Position numbers and translations under genes: made by a program. Source: Selaginella moellendorffii (Eukaryota; Plantae; Lycopodiophyta). Taken from it: a stretch of DNA of 64,000 bases. The stretch covers positions 2,236,597 through 2,300,596 of the forward strand of contig NW_003314273.1 in the NCBI RefSeq assembly GCF_000143415.4, in the 5' to 3' direction. How positions within the stretch are numbered: the first letter of the stretch is position 1; each line of letters begins with the position of its first letter. Below the pieces are notes generated by a model, which worked only from the letters and a program-made list of their open reading frames with translations, had not been told where the DNA came from and searched no databases. Positions 24,005 through 35,787 of this stretch are shown here, piece after piece.

Positions 24005-25747
24005 ATGAGGAGCAGTGACGCAATTGTACAACACATCAAAGCTTGCGCCAGGCTTCCCAATCTCGATCGGGCAGCCCAGATCCATCGCCACATTCTAGAC
24101 GACCCACAGCTCCAGCACGATCGCCTCCTCGCCAATCTTCTCATCAATCTCTACGCCCAATGCGGCAGCCTCAGCCACGCCAAATCCACCTTCGATTCCA
24201 TCCAATCCCCAAATCCCTTCTCCTGGAATCTCCTCCTGCAAGCCTATGCCCAGAGCGGTCGCCTCCAAGATGCCGCTGCTGCCTTCCGCAAGATGCCGGC
24301 CAGGGGCATTGTTTCCTGGACCTCGATCCTCGCGGCATTTGCCAGGAGTGGGCATTTGGAAGAGACCTGGAGCTTGTTCTTGGAGATGCCCTGCCGGGAC
24401 GTGGTGGCCTGGACGACGATGCTCGTGGCTACGATCCAAGCCGGGCTCGTCAGCCACGCATCCCAGATCTTCCACAAGCTGCCCCAGTTCGATGTGATCT
24501 CTTCCACCGCCATGCTCCAATCACTCGCCAAGGACCCGTCGATGCAGCACCACGCCAAGGAGCTCTTCGATTCCATGCCTGAGCGCAACGCGTTCTCCTG
24601 GAACGCGATGCTCCAAGCCTGTGTTCTTCATGGAGGCAGCGATCAAGCGAGGGATTTCTTCCACCAGATGTCGCAGAGGGACGCAGTGTCGTGGAATCTG
24701 CTCGTCGCGGCCTCAGCCCAGGCAGGGATGAGCGATGAGATGACCACGATCTTTGAGAGAATGCCACAGCATGATATTTCGACCTGGAACCAGCTGCTTG
24801 GATGCTTCTCTGATCTTGGAGAGCTGGAGCAAGCCGAGACGATCTTTTTCACCCGAGCTCCCCAGCGCAATGCGCTCTCCTGGATCTCGATGATCCACGC
24901 CTACAACCGCAAGAATCTCCCGGACAGAGCGAACTCCACCTTCCATCGCATGCCGGCATGGAACGATTTCGCCTGGGTCGCGATCATCCAAGCCAACGCC
25001 GCCAACGGCGATCTCCCCCAAGCGCAGACCCTGTTCCACACCATGCCGGCCAAGAATCTCTTCGCCTGGAGCACCATGGTCCAGGCAGCGGCATCCTCCT
25101 CCTCGGATCACTCCCAGCGCCTCGCCCGGCGATATTTCGATCGAATGCCGCAGCGGGACGTCGTGTCATGGGTCGCCATGGCCGCATCGAGCGCGCGGCT
25201 TGGAAACCTGGAATCCGCGCTCGAAATCGTCGAGCAAATACCCGACAAGAACATCATCTCCTGGACCGCGATCATCCAGGCGCTCATCCGGAGCGGCTAC
25301 CATGCCCAGGCGCTCGATCTCTTCCTCGCGATGCAGCAACTAGGGATCCATCCCAACGAGGTAACCTTCCTCGCGGTTCTTACTGGCTGTAGCCACGCCG
25401 GGCTAGTGGATCGAGCCCGCGACCTCGTGCTCTCGATGGGCCAGTCGTACGGGATGTGGCCGTCCATGGACCTCTACCTGTGCATGGTGGACGTACTGGC
25501 ACGGGCAGAGCGGCTGGAGCTGGCCGAGGAGCTCATCCGTACAATGCCGTACTTCCCCGATGACGTGGCATGGACGTCGCTACTGTCCGCCTGTAACTCC
25601 AATGGCGACCGGGCAGGCGGTGCCCGAGCTGCCCGAGAGATCATACGGATGGTCGCGGGCGATGGCACGCCGTACGTCCTTCTCTCCAACACGCATGCTC
25701 AAAGCGATGGCAATGGAGCTTTAGATTTTCCGTCCTTCGATTTGTGA
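24005..25747 (+). CDS. PLS-class PPR protein with E domain, no DYW (putative organellar RNA-editing factor)
   Basis: Intronless 580-aa ORF with tandem ~31-aa FDxMPxR(N/D)xxSW repeats, PNEVTFLAVLTGCSHAGLV, YLCMVDVLARA..AEELIRTMP, WTSLLSAC and PYVLLSN. Confidence 0.93.
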   Translation: MRSSDAIVQHIKACARLPNLDRAAQIHRHILDDPQLQHDRLLANLLINLYAQCGSLSHAKSTFDSIQSPNPFSWNLLLQAYAQSGRLQDAAAAFRKMPARGIVSWTSILAAFARSGHLEETWSLFLEMPCRDVVAWTTMLVATIQAGLVSHASQIFHKLPQFDVISSTAMLQSLAKDPSMQHHAKELFDSMPERNAFSWNAMLQACVLHGGSDQARDFFHQMSQRDAVSWNLLVAASAQAGMSDEMTTIFERMPQHDISTWNQLLGCFSDLGELEQAETIFFTRAPQRNALSWISMIHAYNRKNLPDRANSTFHRMPAWNDFAWVAIIQANAANGDLPQAQTLFHTMPAKNLFAWSTMVQAAASSSSDHSQRLARRYFDRMPQRDVVSWVAMAASSARLGNLESALEIVEQIPDKNIISWTAIIQALIRSGYHAQALDLFLAMQQLGIHPNEVTFLAVLTGCSHAGLVDRARDLVLSMGQSYGMWPSMDLYLCMVDVLARAERLELAEELIRTMPYFPDDVAWTSLLSACNSNGDRAGGARAAREIIRMVAGDGTPYVLLSNTHAQSDGNGALDFPSFDL

Positions 25748-25802
25748 CAACTATATAGTAACAAACAGAGTGAGGTTTTGTATACTGGAAGATCTTCTCC
25801 CA

Positions 25803-27000
25803 TCACTCTTCCGTGATCCTGGATCGATAGCTTCGACTTTTCTGGTTCTTGGAGCTCGACTGTGCGTTTTCTTCCATGGCCACACCCTCGTCTTCCAATC
25901 CTCTAACGGCGAAGCTCACAGAAGTAGCGCTGCCGCTTGGAGTAGTCGAGTCCTTGGTCGATCCACCAGGCTTGGATGATCCAGCTCTCTCTTTGTTGGC
26001 TCGAGGAACGAAGGGGACGTGCTGTGGAAGCTCAAAAGGCTGCTCTCCTTCTCCTTCATTCTTGGTAGAATTGATGGCCGCCATGGTGGATTGCCACGCC
26101 TGGACGTTGTTGCTATTGCCTTCTTCCCCCCAGTCAAGAGTGTAGTGCGTATACTTCTCTGGATGCCTTACGTGATGAGGAACGTTTCTGTAGCGATCGA
26201 TCCCAGCTCTCTGGCGATGACCACCATCATCTCTCGGAGTTCTTCGCGTTTTCTGGTTCTCCTCCTCTACTGCAAACCTGACCTTCTTCTGTGGACGATC
26301 GTCACGGCTTTCGTTCTTCCTCTTGTCACTAGAGTCGGAAGTCCGAGTTCCATCACCACTACTTTTCGGCCTGGAACTCGAAGTTCTCCTGTACAAATCC
26401 CCGGTCCTATGCAAATCCGGTGTGGTGCCATTGATCTTGGCTTCTCTCGCTTCTGCGAGACGATCTGCTGCTGCTGCTTTGCGCGATGCTAGATCATCTC
26501 GAGCCATAAAGCTGGCGCCGGAAAGAACACTCAAGCTGTCAAAACTTGCCTTGACATCGCTTGTGTAGAGCCGATCACCAGCGCCCTCTCTTCCCACAGC
26601 CACCTTATCATACTCGTCCTCTTCATCCTGGGGTATATGAAAGATCAAACAAAGCAACGAAAAACTAAGAACACTGGGCATTTTTCTCCAAGATTTTCTT
26701 GCTTACCTCGTAATCCAGAGTGGTGTCCATGCCGACCATAGCTTGCACTCGAATCATCTCTTCTTCTTCGTCCACATTCTCGTCCCCATTCTCGTCCTGC
26801 CTCACCCTCTTCGTCGCCTGCTCCTCCTCAGACCTAAAACTCGACGAGCAAGTCGGCCCTTCGTCCTCGTCGTCACTGTTCGCCGCTGGCCGCCATTGCT
26901 GCCGCTCCAGCTGCGTGCCACTGACGGACCACAGCGATGGCGCGCTTCCATTCCCCAGCCCGCCAAACACCTGATCCAATCTGCTCTGGAATCCCTCCAT
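25803..27000 (-). CDS. TSSC4-family protein (U5 snRNP-associated), 2 exons
   Basis: Exons 27000-26707 and 26627-25803 with a GT-AG intron. FQSRLDQVFG, GMDTTLDYE|DEEDEYDKVAVG and VPHHVRHPEKYTHYTLDW motifs. Confidence 0.8.
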
Positions 27001-27157
27001 TTTTCCCAAGAACCCTAACTTTGCCAGGGACAAAACTTTAAACCCTATGTCAGATCCACGGTCACAGAGCCCGCCACGTGTCACAAATTCAAATATTTGA
27101 ATTTTAGGGCGAGTAATTTGCGAAGATGGCTAGAGATCTTTCGATCTTTGGCGTTGA

Positions 27158-29377
27158 TCACCGCCTGCCGTGGATCGAATTGTATCTGTTGTTGTGTTGA
27201 GCGTGATGCAATTTGCTGCTCCCGCTGGCTTTCGCGGCCTTTGGACCTCCTTTCCCTTTGGGAAGATCCGTGAGCTCCATCACTTGAACTGTTCGTTGCT
27301 TCTTGGCTACACACATAGAGTTGCAAATCTCTTAACACCTCGAGCAAAGAATCAAAAGAGATGAGAAAAAATTTACCATGCTCTGCCTGTTTGTAGCCTT
27401 CATGTAGCTTTCTCTTAGCAGCCGCAAGCTTATCAGTCGATCCCCCGGCCTGGAAAGTTTACCAAAGTTTTTCGAGCGAAGAAAAACTCCAGGAGATGGA
27501 AGAGAAAGAATACCTTGCTTGAGCTGCTCATCTTGCAGCTCTGTATCCTCTCATCAACACTCCTCTTGCTGGCTGATGATGGAAGAGACGTAGACGACGA
27601 TTTTGGTTTCGACACGGACGCTACGCCGGGCTTCAACGAGCGAGACGTGTTGCTCGTCGCTGCCCTGTGTCTCTGATCGTCCGGCCTTTGCTGCTTCGCA
27701 GCAACACTGCTGCTACCAGAGCTGTGCTTCCCATTCGCAGCAGCAGCTGCTGCTCCTCCTGCTTGGCTTCCTCTAAATCCATTTTGCTGTTGCGAATTCG
27801 GCACTTTTGCCCTGCTCGATTCCCTCTCACCGCTTCTTTTGCTGTCCGAGTTCTTCGAGCTATCCTTTCTGCTAACGCTAACCTGATGCTTGTTTTTTCT
27901 GTCCGCCTCCGACTCGCCAGTCTTCCTGCTTACCGCCGCTGCTGGCTTTGTCTCTTCCGGCGAGTGCGCGTCCTCATAAATTCCTCTCACCCAGTCGCCA
28001 GAGCTTCCTCGTCGGGGCTTCTCGTTCATATCTCCGGAGCCAGCAGCTGTTACATTCATTAACACAACATGTGAGGAAACTCGAACTGGAAAGGAAGAGA
28101 TGACTTACACATATCATCCTCAATAAAATCGAAGAGCTGGAGAAAACGATCACTTAGACTAAGAGGACAAAGTGCTATTAGCTAGCTCGAAAGCTTACCT
28201 TGTTGACTTCCAAAGGAGCCGTCCCGGCAGCGAGGAGCTCGCCTTCGTCAACAGGTGGAGAAGGCAATCCATAGTTATTGTCAAAATGGCCTGCGGATTA
28301 AATTGAGAAACACAAAACAAGCGAAATTTCATTTAATGACGAACCTGTAGCATTAGTACCACCAGCAAAATGCTCTGCACTCTTGGTCCATTCTTCAGCA
28401 AGAGTCTTCCATCCACTGTTTATAAGAAGAAAAGAATTTTTTCCAGAGTTTAGCTAGAGAGAACTAAAGAAAGAAGAAGTCGGGCAAAGAAAACCTGACG
28501 AGGCGTTTCACAATGGATCGTACTCTCAAGGACGGATGCTTGCGCAGATTGTTCACCGGTCTTCCAATCTCAGTAGCCTGCGCGCCACCAAACAAACGTC
28601 ACAAACCGAGCACGCAAAGGAGCAAAGCAATGCACATAAAAATCTCCACTCCACGCTACCTTGAGAGCCTCGAACGAGATGTGCATGCTCTCCAATCTCT
28701 CCAGCGCCTCGCAGAGATAATCCTCCTGGAAGAAGAAGAAGAGACCACAAAGTTACTTGTTCCAGTCGATCGATCACCAATAAAAACGAGGACGAGGAAC
28801 CAAGACCAACCTCGTCTGCAAAGTGGGAGATTTGGTTCTTGATCCGGTTGATCTCTTTGATCCTCCGAGACTCCTCCTCCATCTCGTCCGTGAGAGCTTC
28901 CACGTCCATGTAGCTACAATCCGCCTTGGATTTTCTCCTGTTTCTAGACTGTTCTTGGTCGGCATTATCATCCTGGTCGTCGTGTTCTTCCTCCTGGTCC
29001 TCCTCTTCGTCCACGACCTCCACCTCCTCCTCCTCCTCCAAATCCTCCTCGTCCTCGCGAAGAGCTCCTCCTCCCGACACCACCAGCTTGTTCTCCGCGA
29101 CATCATCCTCCTCGTCCTCGTCCTCGTCCTCCTCGCCATCGCCACCGTCGGATCTAGACATGGCTCCTCCGCCATTCTCCTCCTCCTCCCCCTCGCCATC
29201 GTCACACTCGCACAGCCCTGTGAGATGCGCCGTCGGGCAGAACATCTTCTCCGTGAACTTGTCCCGCCGCGCGCGCAGCTCCCCCGGCTGCTCCACGGCC
29301 GCGATGGTGATCGCGCGATCGATCACGGTCCAGATGTCCGATCCGGAGCTCTGGAAGAAGGATTTCCACTTGTCCAT
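27158..29377 (-). CDS. Mediator subunit 26-like / TFIIS N-terminal domain protein, multi-exon
   Basis: MDKWKSFF..DIWTVIDRAI, an acidic tract, ATEIGRPVNNLRKHPS (TFIIS-N), and C-terminal AAKRKLHEGYKQAEHAKKQRTVQVMELTDLP. Canonical splice sites. Confidence 0.88.
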
Positions 29378-30221
29378 GGGCTCTCCCGCGCGGCGGCGCC
29401 GCCGGGAATTGGATCGCCGCGCCGCCCTTTTCCTGCCCAGGGGATCACAAACCTTTTTCGCAGCTGCCGCGATCAATGCACGCCATATCCGGTCTCCTCC
29501 TCTCTAGCGTCGCGATCCAACCCTACTTACACCAAATCCAAGCCTCCATTCCCAATTCCCCCACTGCGACAAAAATCCTGGGGATTTGATTTTGGGGGTT
29601 TGGGTTTGTGGGAGTTTTTCTTGGTTTTCTTTTTTGCCCTTTTTCTTTTTTGGGTGGTTTTCTCAGTAAAATTCTCTAACGAATATTCGACCATCGTTCA
29701 CGCGCATGCGTCCGTATCTACACATGTAGTATTTTGTTTCCTTGTATGTGATTTAAGAACATTTCTCGCTAAGTAAATATGTCTGTCAATCTTGTGGCCG
29801 GGAATATTCGACTACGGAACCAAGTTTCACGCGCATGCGCTCTTCCGATACGTATATCGTTTTTCACTACCTAGTACAGAAATCTCGCAAATTAAAAAGA
29901 AATTAAAACGTAGAAAAAAGCTAACCATTGTTTTACTGTCGATCCAACACCCGGACAAGCGCAACCGCACTGCCGCCTCCACAGAGCCGCGTAAAAACTC
30001 TCAGTGCTAGCTGTCATGGCCGAATCGCAGCCGCAGCTTTTTTGTCCACATGGCAAAATCTCCGGGCCCCGCCGGTACGGTGCAGGGAATATACCCAGGT
30101 TTGAATATAAATGCGCAGGGGTTCACCCCGGGGTGCGTTCTACACACGGAGAGAGCGAGCGGCGAAGAAAAGGAGGAGAGAGAGGGCGGGTTTTGGAAAA
30201 ACAGAGTGCTGCAGCGAAGCT

Positions 30222-30810
30222 ATGGCTTCTCGAGTGCTGGGTTTTGCGATTCTCGTCTTCCTGGTGGCAGCATTCCAGGTCTGGAATCTGGATGATATTT
30301 CTTCTCCCATCTTCTTTCTCATCTCTTTGCTCTTTCTTGCCTGTGACAGATCTCCGCTGTGTCCTCAATGATCCAGGTTCGAGCTTCACTCCCCAGCCTC
30401 GAGCTGAATCCATCGCCGTAGATCGAGGCGACACCCAAGTTGTGTATTGACAAAGACGAGTGTGTTTTGTGTGTGGTTTTGGCAGGGTTCTACGGGCCGG
30501 AGCCGCCAACTTCTGGCCAAGATAGGTGAGAGATCGATGGGGAGTGCCCCGTTCTCGGGAAAACTTCGCTAAAGTTCTTGGGTTTTGTTGCTCTCCTCTC
30601 GATCGTGAACTTAGAAGCTGTCTTGCAGATTGCGCGCAGGCTTGCACCTCTCGGTGCGAGGTGGCGTCGGTTCACGACCGGTGTATGAACTACTGCGGGA
30701 TCTGCTGCCAGAGCTGCAACTGCGTGCCGTCGGGCCACTACGGGAACAAAGACGAGTGCAGCTGCTACCGGGACAAGAAGAACAGCAAGGGGAAAGCAAA
30801 ATGCCCCTGA
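30222..30810 (+). CDS. GASA/Snakin cysteine-rich peptide 1
   Basis: Exons 30222-30278, 30350-30376, 30486-30525 and 30629-30810. Signal peptide plus a 12-Cys GASA domain ending KCP. Confidence 0.93.
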
Positions 30811-31386
30811 GCGGCATTACAATCAAAAACCAAAGTGAGGCAAACGACTTGTGACTCTACATTAACTAATACATACTAGGCTCGTTTTTTGTGCTTCTTT
30901 CCTGAGACAAAAGCTACAAAAAAGCGTTGTATCCACCTGGAACTTTCAGCTTTTTAAAAAGTAATCAAATCTGGAAGTACGGAAATGAGGAAAGAGAAAA
31001 TGGCTTCCAGCCGTGATGGCGGGCTTCTCTTTCAGTAGCAGAATATTCTATGGCTCTCCGATCTGTGAGCTATAAGATGTGATGTGACACTGCACAAATG
31101 TCACCAGCTGTTTTCCTTGCGATTACATTAACTTTGGAAGGGGAGGACTGAAGTCTGGACTGGAAAGTGAGAGCATAATAATAATATCAATAATAATAAT
31201 AATAATTATTATTATTACTAATTATTATTGAAGAAGAATAGAATTTCTACATGAAACCAGCTACCGACAAACAAAAACTCTATTATACTACCCAGGTCCT
31301 CGACAAGAATTCGCTCTCGTAGCAACAACACACCGATACTAATCATACAGATCGAGAGCGATGGGAAAAGCTCTTGGAAATGCCAC

Positions 31387-31940
31387 TCACGGGCATTTGT
31401 CACCGCCTCGCGAGTTCTTCTTGTCTCGGTAGCAGGGGCACTCGTCCTCGTTTCCCGAATGCCCCGACGGCACGCAGTGGCACGCGACGCAGCAGATGTT
31501 GCAGTACTTGAGGCACCGCTTGTGGAGATTTGCGACCAGGCACCTCGTCTCGCACGCGGACGTGCAGTCTACAAATGCCACAGAGCAGATCTACATAAGC
31601 TTCGGCGCGCCAGAGAAACAGAAACAAAAAAAAGAAGAGAAACCACAGAGAACGTACTTAATGGAGCTGCTGGAGCTGGAACTGGAGAGACTGGAGAGGG
31701 ACCTGGAGAGACTGGAGCTGGAACTGGCGCTGGGGATGGAACAGTAGCAGGAGAAGCGGGAGTGGTGTCTAGAACCTGCATTCACCATAAATGGGGAGAT
31801 CTCGTTCATATCACCCGCTCTGGAAACTTTAAGGAGGCATAAAAATGTACCTCCCGAGATTCCTCGTTCGATCCGGTGGCCGCTGCTGCTGCGCAGAGGA
31901 GAAACAGCAGCACCATCGCGTTGACAAACGGGGAGGCCAT
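31387..31940 (-). CDS. GASA/Snakin peptide 2 with Pro-rich linker
   Basis: Exons 31940-31851, 31775-31658 and 31568-31387. Signal peptide, [21 protein letters not shown] linker and a 12-Cys GASA domain. Confidence 0.92.
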
Positions 31941-32196
31941 GATCTCTTGTCTTGGATCGGACTGGATTGGATGGATTCCTCCTTTTCTCTTCACCAAAAC
32001 GTTGGAATCTAGCGAGGACTAAGACTCTGTGTGTGTGTGTATGTGGGGTGTGTCGTCAACACACAAAACACTAGTAAGACTAGGAAGGAATATCTCCAGG
32101 CCGTCTTAAATATCCACGCCTCGCGACACAGCTGCGCCCAGCTGGAAAAGACGAACGGAATATGCCGTGAGCCAAAGATGCCGGAGCATATCCCGA

Positions 32197-32288
32197 GGTC
32201 GCGTCAGCCCTAATATGCCGGAGGCATATTCGCCCCTGCCGGCCATTATCGGTCGCGTCAGCCCTAATATGCCGGGGCATATTCGCCC
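32197..32288 (+). repeat. Short GC-rich direct repeat with internal palindrome
   Basis: ggtcgcgtcagccctaatatgccgg(a)ggcatattcgccc at ~32197 and 32251, plus a degenerate copy at ~32160-32195. Confidence 0.75.
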
Positions 32289-34332
32289 ATGGCCTCGAGG
32301 GCGACACATGTCAACTAAGTCAGAAGTGGAGATTTGGAATGGATCGATACATCGGTATTAGGTGTCGACTATTTATCAAGTCGTGTACGTCTGATCGAAG
32401 GTTGGCGGAGACGCCTCCTTTGGTTTTTTCGTTCCACATTGACGCCATAGTTATTAGGGGATGAGAAAAAAAGCTGGCAAGAGATTGATCTCATCACTCG
32501 CTATCGTTCACTCTTGGCGCTCTCAGGGTAGAGCCGTGAGGAGCTATCAAACAATTTGACAACACTCCCCAAGAGATAAAGAGGAAGAGTACACCCTCCG
32601 TACGCCCACCGTTTGGTTTTTTTTTCTCCTAGGCAGCTGCCACTGTGGCCCATTTGGAGTTAAACCCTCTCACACACAATTCATGTGTGGAGCCCCAAGC
32701 CCTAGAAGAGTCAAAACACATGGCTCCAGATAACTCCAACAAGTGACCCATGACACGGAACTTTCGCGGGTTCTTTCCTTGGCGGCAATAATTTCAAAAA
32801 AATCGAATTTTTTTTCGAAAATTTGAAAACCTAAACCCTATCTGGCGCGCCATCGTTGATCCAGCGGCCCAGGTACGGGGGGTGTCGCCATTGTGGCGCG
32901 AGGGCCACCCCTCCAAAACCCCACATCCTTCTCTCTTTTTTTTTGCTCTCTCACTCGACGCGCGTGGTGGCGGCCTTTCCATCGTCTCTGATCTGGCCCC
33001 TTTTCTTTTGTCTCATCCTTTTTCTCGTGTCGATCAATCCCGGGCCGTGCCAAATGTGCGGCAACGATTTCGTCCAAATGGAGCGATCGAGAGCTTGATC
33101 CTATAGGTGGCGTCCTGGACGCCCAATGCCACGAAGAACAGAGAGCGCAAGCCCTGCCAAAATCGCGAAATCCCAAAAAGCTGGCGCAGCCACGCCAAAA
33201 CCACGTAAGTTTCTGGAAAGGGCGACGGAGGAAGAAGGTCACCAGATCACAGCGCAGAGAAAATGGAATGGATTGGGATTGGACCACCCGAGTCGAGCGC
33301 AAGAAAACGAAAACATAAATATGAGCTAGAGTTGGCAACTTTGACGAGGCTCGCAACATCCTCCATCCTCGAGAATCTAGATGTTTCAAGCCAGGCTTTT
33401 GTTTGATTCGGGCAAGCATAGACGAAATCATAGCTTTTAGTGATTCGGAGAACAAAGAAGTTGGAACCACAAGCCTCGCTGTGAGTGTTCCTGGCGATAG
33501 TGGACTGCCGCCGTGGCGAGGCTCGCGACGAAGATTCCCTCACACCCGGGATGGGAGATTCCTCGCGGTATAATGAAGATCCTTGCGTGCGATCCAAGCG
33601 ACCCACGAAACAACACGGACGAAAAAAACCCAAGACCCATCGAATCGGAGGAGTTCACATTGTCCACACCACCCAAGTGTTTAGCCTCTAATCTAATCCT
33701 CTCTCTCTTTTTTTAAAGAAAAAAAAGTGATTTTGTCCGCTTAATTCGCATCTCCTTGTCAGTGTGGTCCCTAAACAAGCCCTACAATCCGATTCCAAAT
33801 CCTGCTATGACTTGTAAAAGAAAGAAAGAAGAGAGTTTTGGAGTGAATTCTATGTCATCAACTTAATCGTTTCTACCTATGGATTCATCCAGAGAACGAT
33901 TGCTCTGCCGGTGCATCGGGTCCAGTACGTATGGACTCCCCCGCAAACCGTGATGACTATACAATCTATGATCTCCTCTTCGATCGATGGATCCCTCCTG
34001 GGCGATCGATTGAGGAGGAGGAGGAGGAGTAGCGGCCTACGTATGATCCAAGCCGAGAGGAGTAGAGAGAATGCACAGATATCTACAAAATGGTCGCGTG
34101 TCGATCGATCGGCCGGCTTGTAGAAAGACCCACCACCACCGTGTACGAGACGATCCCAGCGTGACGATCGATCGGTGACGAGACGACGAAGGAGTTTGGA
34201 TCGCGAGTGGAGGCGATATCCAATCCGATCTTGCGGTGTGTGTGATGATCGTATGGTTGATCTTACGTGAGTGTGAGTGTAGACGTGAGTGTAGTGTCTA
34301 GTGTATGATCGTAGGCTTGGTGTGGAGTTCTT

Positions 34333-35787
34333 CTAGATGGCGCTCCCAAAGGGGGCTCTGTGAGGAGTCCCCTTTCGCCGCTTGGCGGTCCTGGTGGGCG
34401 GCGGTGTGGGCGGCGATAGCTCGGGCGAATTCACCGCCATGGGACTTCCCGGCGGCTTCTTGGATTTCACCACGCGCGCCGCCGCCGCCGCCTCTTCCAT
34501 GCTCACGCTCGGCGACGGCGATGGCGATGGCCGCCCCAGCTTGAGCGTCCCCAGGCTCCTCTGGATGGAGCTCGTGTCGTGATCGATGACTGGAATTTGC
34601 GACCGAGAGGTGCTCTTGGCGATGGTATCCGCTAGATGATCCTCTTCTTCCTCCCGCGATCGCGAGCTCTGGCTCTGCTGCTGGTGCTGGTGCTGGTGAT
34701 GATCGATGTGGTGCTCGCCCGCGGTTGTGCCGCTCTTGCGCGACGATCGCGTCCTCTTTCCTACAATCGTGCTCCCTCCGGAGCTCGTCTCCTCGGAGAC
34801 GACGCTGCTCCTCGTGGGAATCGCCGGCGCTAGAGGGCTCTCGACGTGATCCACAGCCGCCATGGCGGTCGTGACGCTTCCTTGCTCGTGAGAAACCTCT
34901 TGTTCTTGGCCGTGATGATCATCGGAGACTTGCGGATGGTGATCCTCGAGAATTTGCTGCTGCTGCTGCTGTGGCGGCTGTGGATTCTTGGGCGGCAAGT
35001 GGAAGGTCATGTCATTGTGGCGTCGGATTCCGGTCAACTGGAAACGATCAAAGCAAAACTTTTAGTTGGAGATCGAGCAAAGCTTCTCGGTGGAATGGAA
35101 AGAAATCCGGTGTTTCTCTTACCTTGCAGCCGAGTGAGCAGTAGCGAAAGGTGTCGAGCAAGCTCCGGTCGCAAATCTCGCAAGTTTTGGTGACGCCCTT
35201 GGCGTGGCGGGGCTGCGGCCGCGCGTTTAGAAACACCACTCTCGCGCTGTTGATGATGTATGTTTGCACTCCTCCCAAATCCAAGACCTTTTGGAGCTCC
35301 GATACGCGGACAACGTCGTGGTAGGACGACCTCCGGATCTACACTCGCCAAATCGCACAGAAAGATTAGAACTTTGGCTCAAGAACAGTGGTTTTCTGAG
35401 TTGATCGATCGATTCTCACCTGGACAACGTGATGATCGCGGTGCTGTGGCGAGCAGCCCGAGCAAAGCGCCTCTCCTCGGCAATCCAGGCAGTAGAGATT
35501 GCACTCGTTACGGTTGCTGTCGCCATGGACCTCGCAAGTGTCGAAGAATTTGGTGGTGAGAAGAGGCCGCAGCCACAGCGGTCCAATTTGGTATCCGGGC
35601 TTCTGGGAAGAACAAAAGAGAGAAAAAAAATCGGTGAGATTCTCGGCCAGAGTGAAAAGAATTCTCGCTTTTACCAACATTCATCTACACTAAAGAAATC
35701 TACTCGGGGGAAACTTACCAATTTCTCCAATTTCGTGGGCAGGAGGAGCTCCGCGTTGTAAGTCTGGCGGTCGAAATTCACCACCAT
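34333..35787 (-). CDS. PLATZ transcription factor 1
   Basis: Exons 35787-35719, 35602-35420, 35338-35123 and 35037-34333. [62 protein letters not shown] and C-terminal [12 protein letters not shown]. Confidence 0.93.

Noticed and set aside
28823-29776. 317-aa plus-strand ORF
   Set aside because: Antisense shadow of the acidic, GC-rich MED26-like exon.
32160-32290. CRISPR-like palindromic repeats with spacers
   Set aside because: Only 2-3 units, spacers ~15 bp, no cas genes, and a plant nuclear context.
32400-33720. Cluster of short ORFs, including 210 aa at 32838-33470
   Set aside because: No motifs or clear splice structure; possibly a non-autonomous TE, but termini could not be defined.
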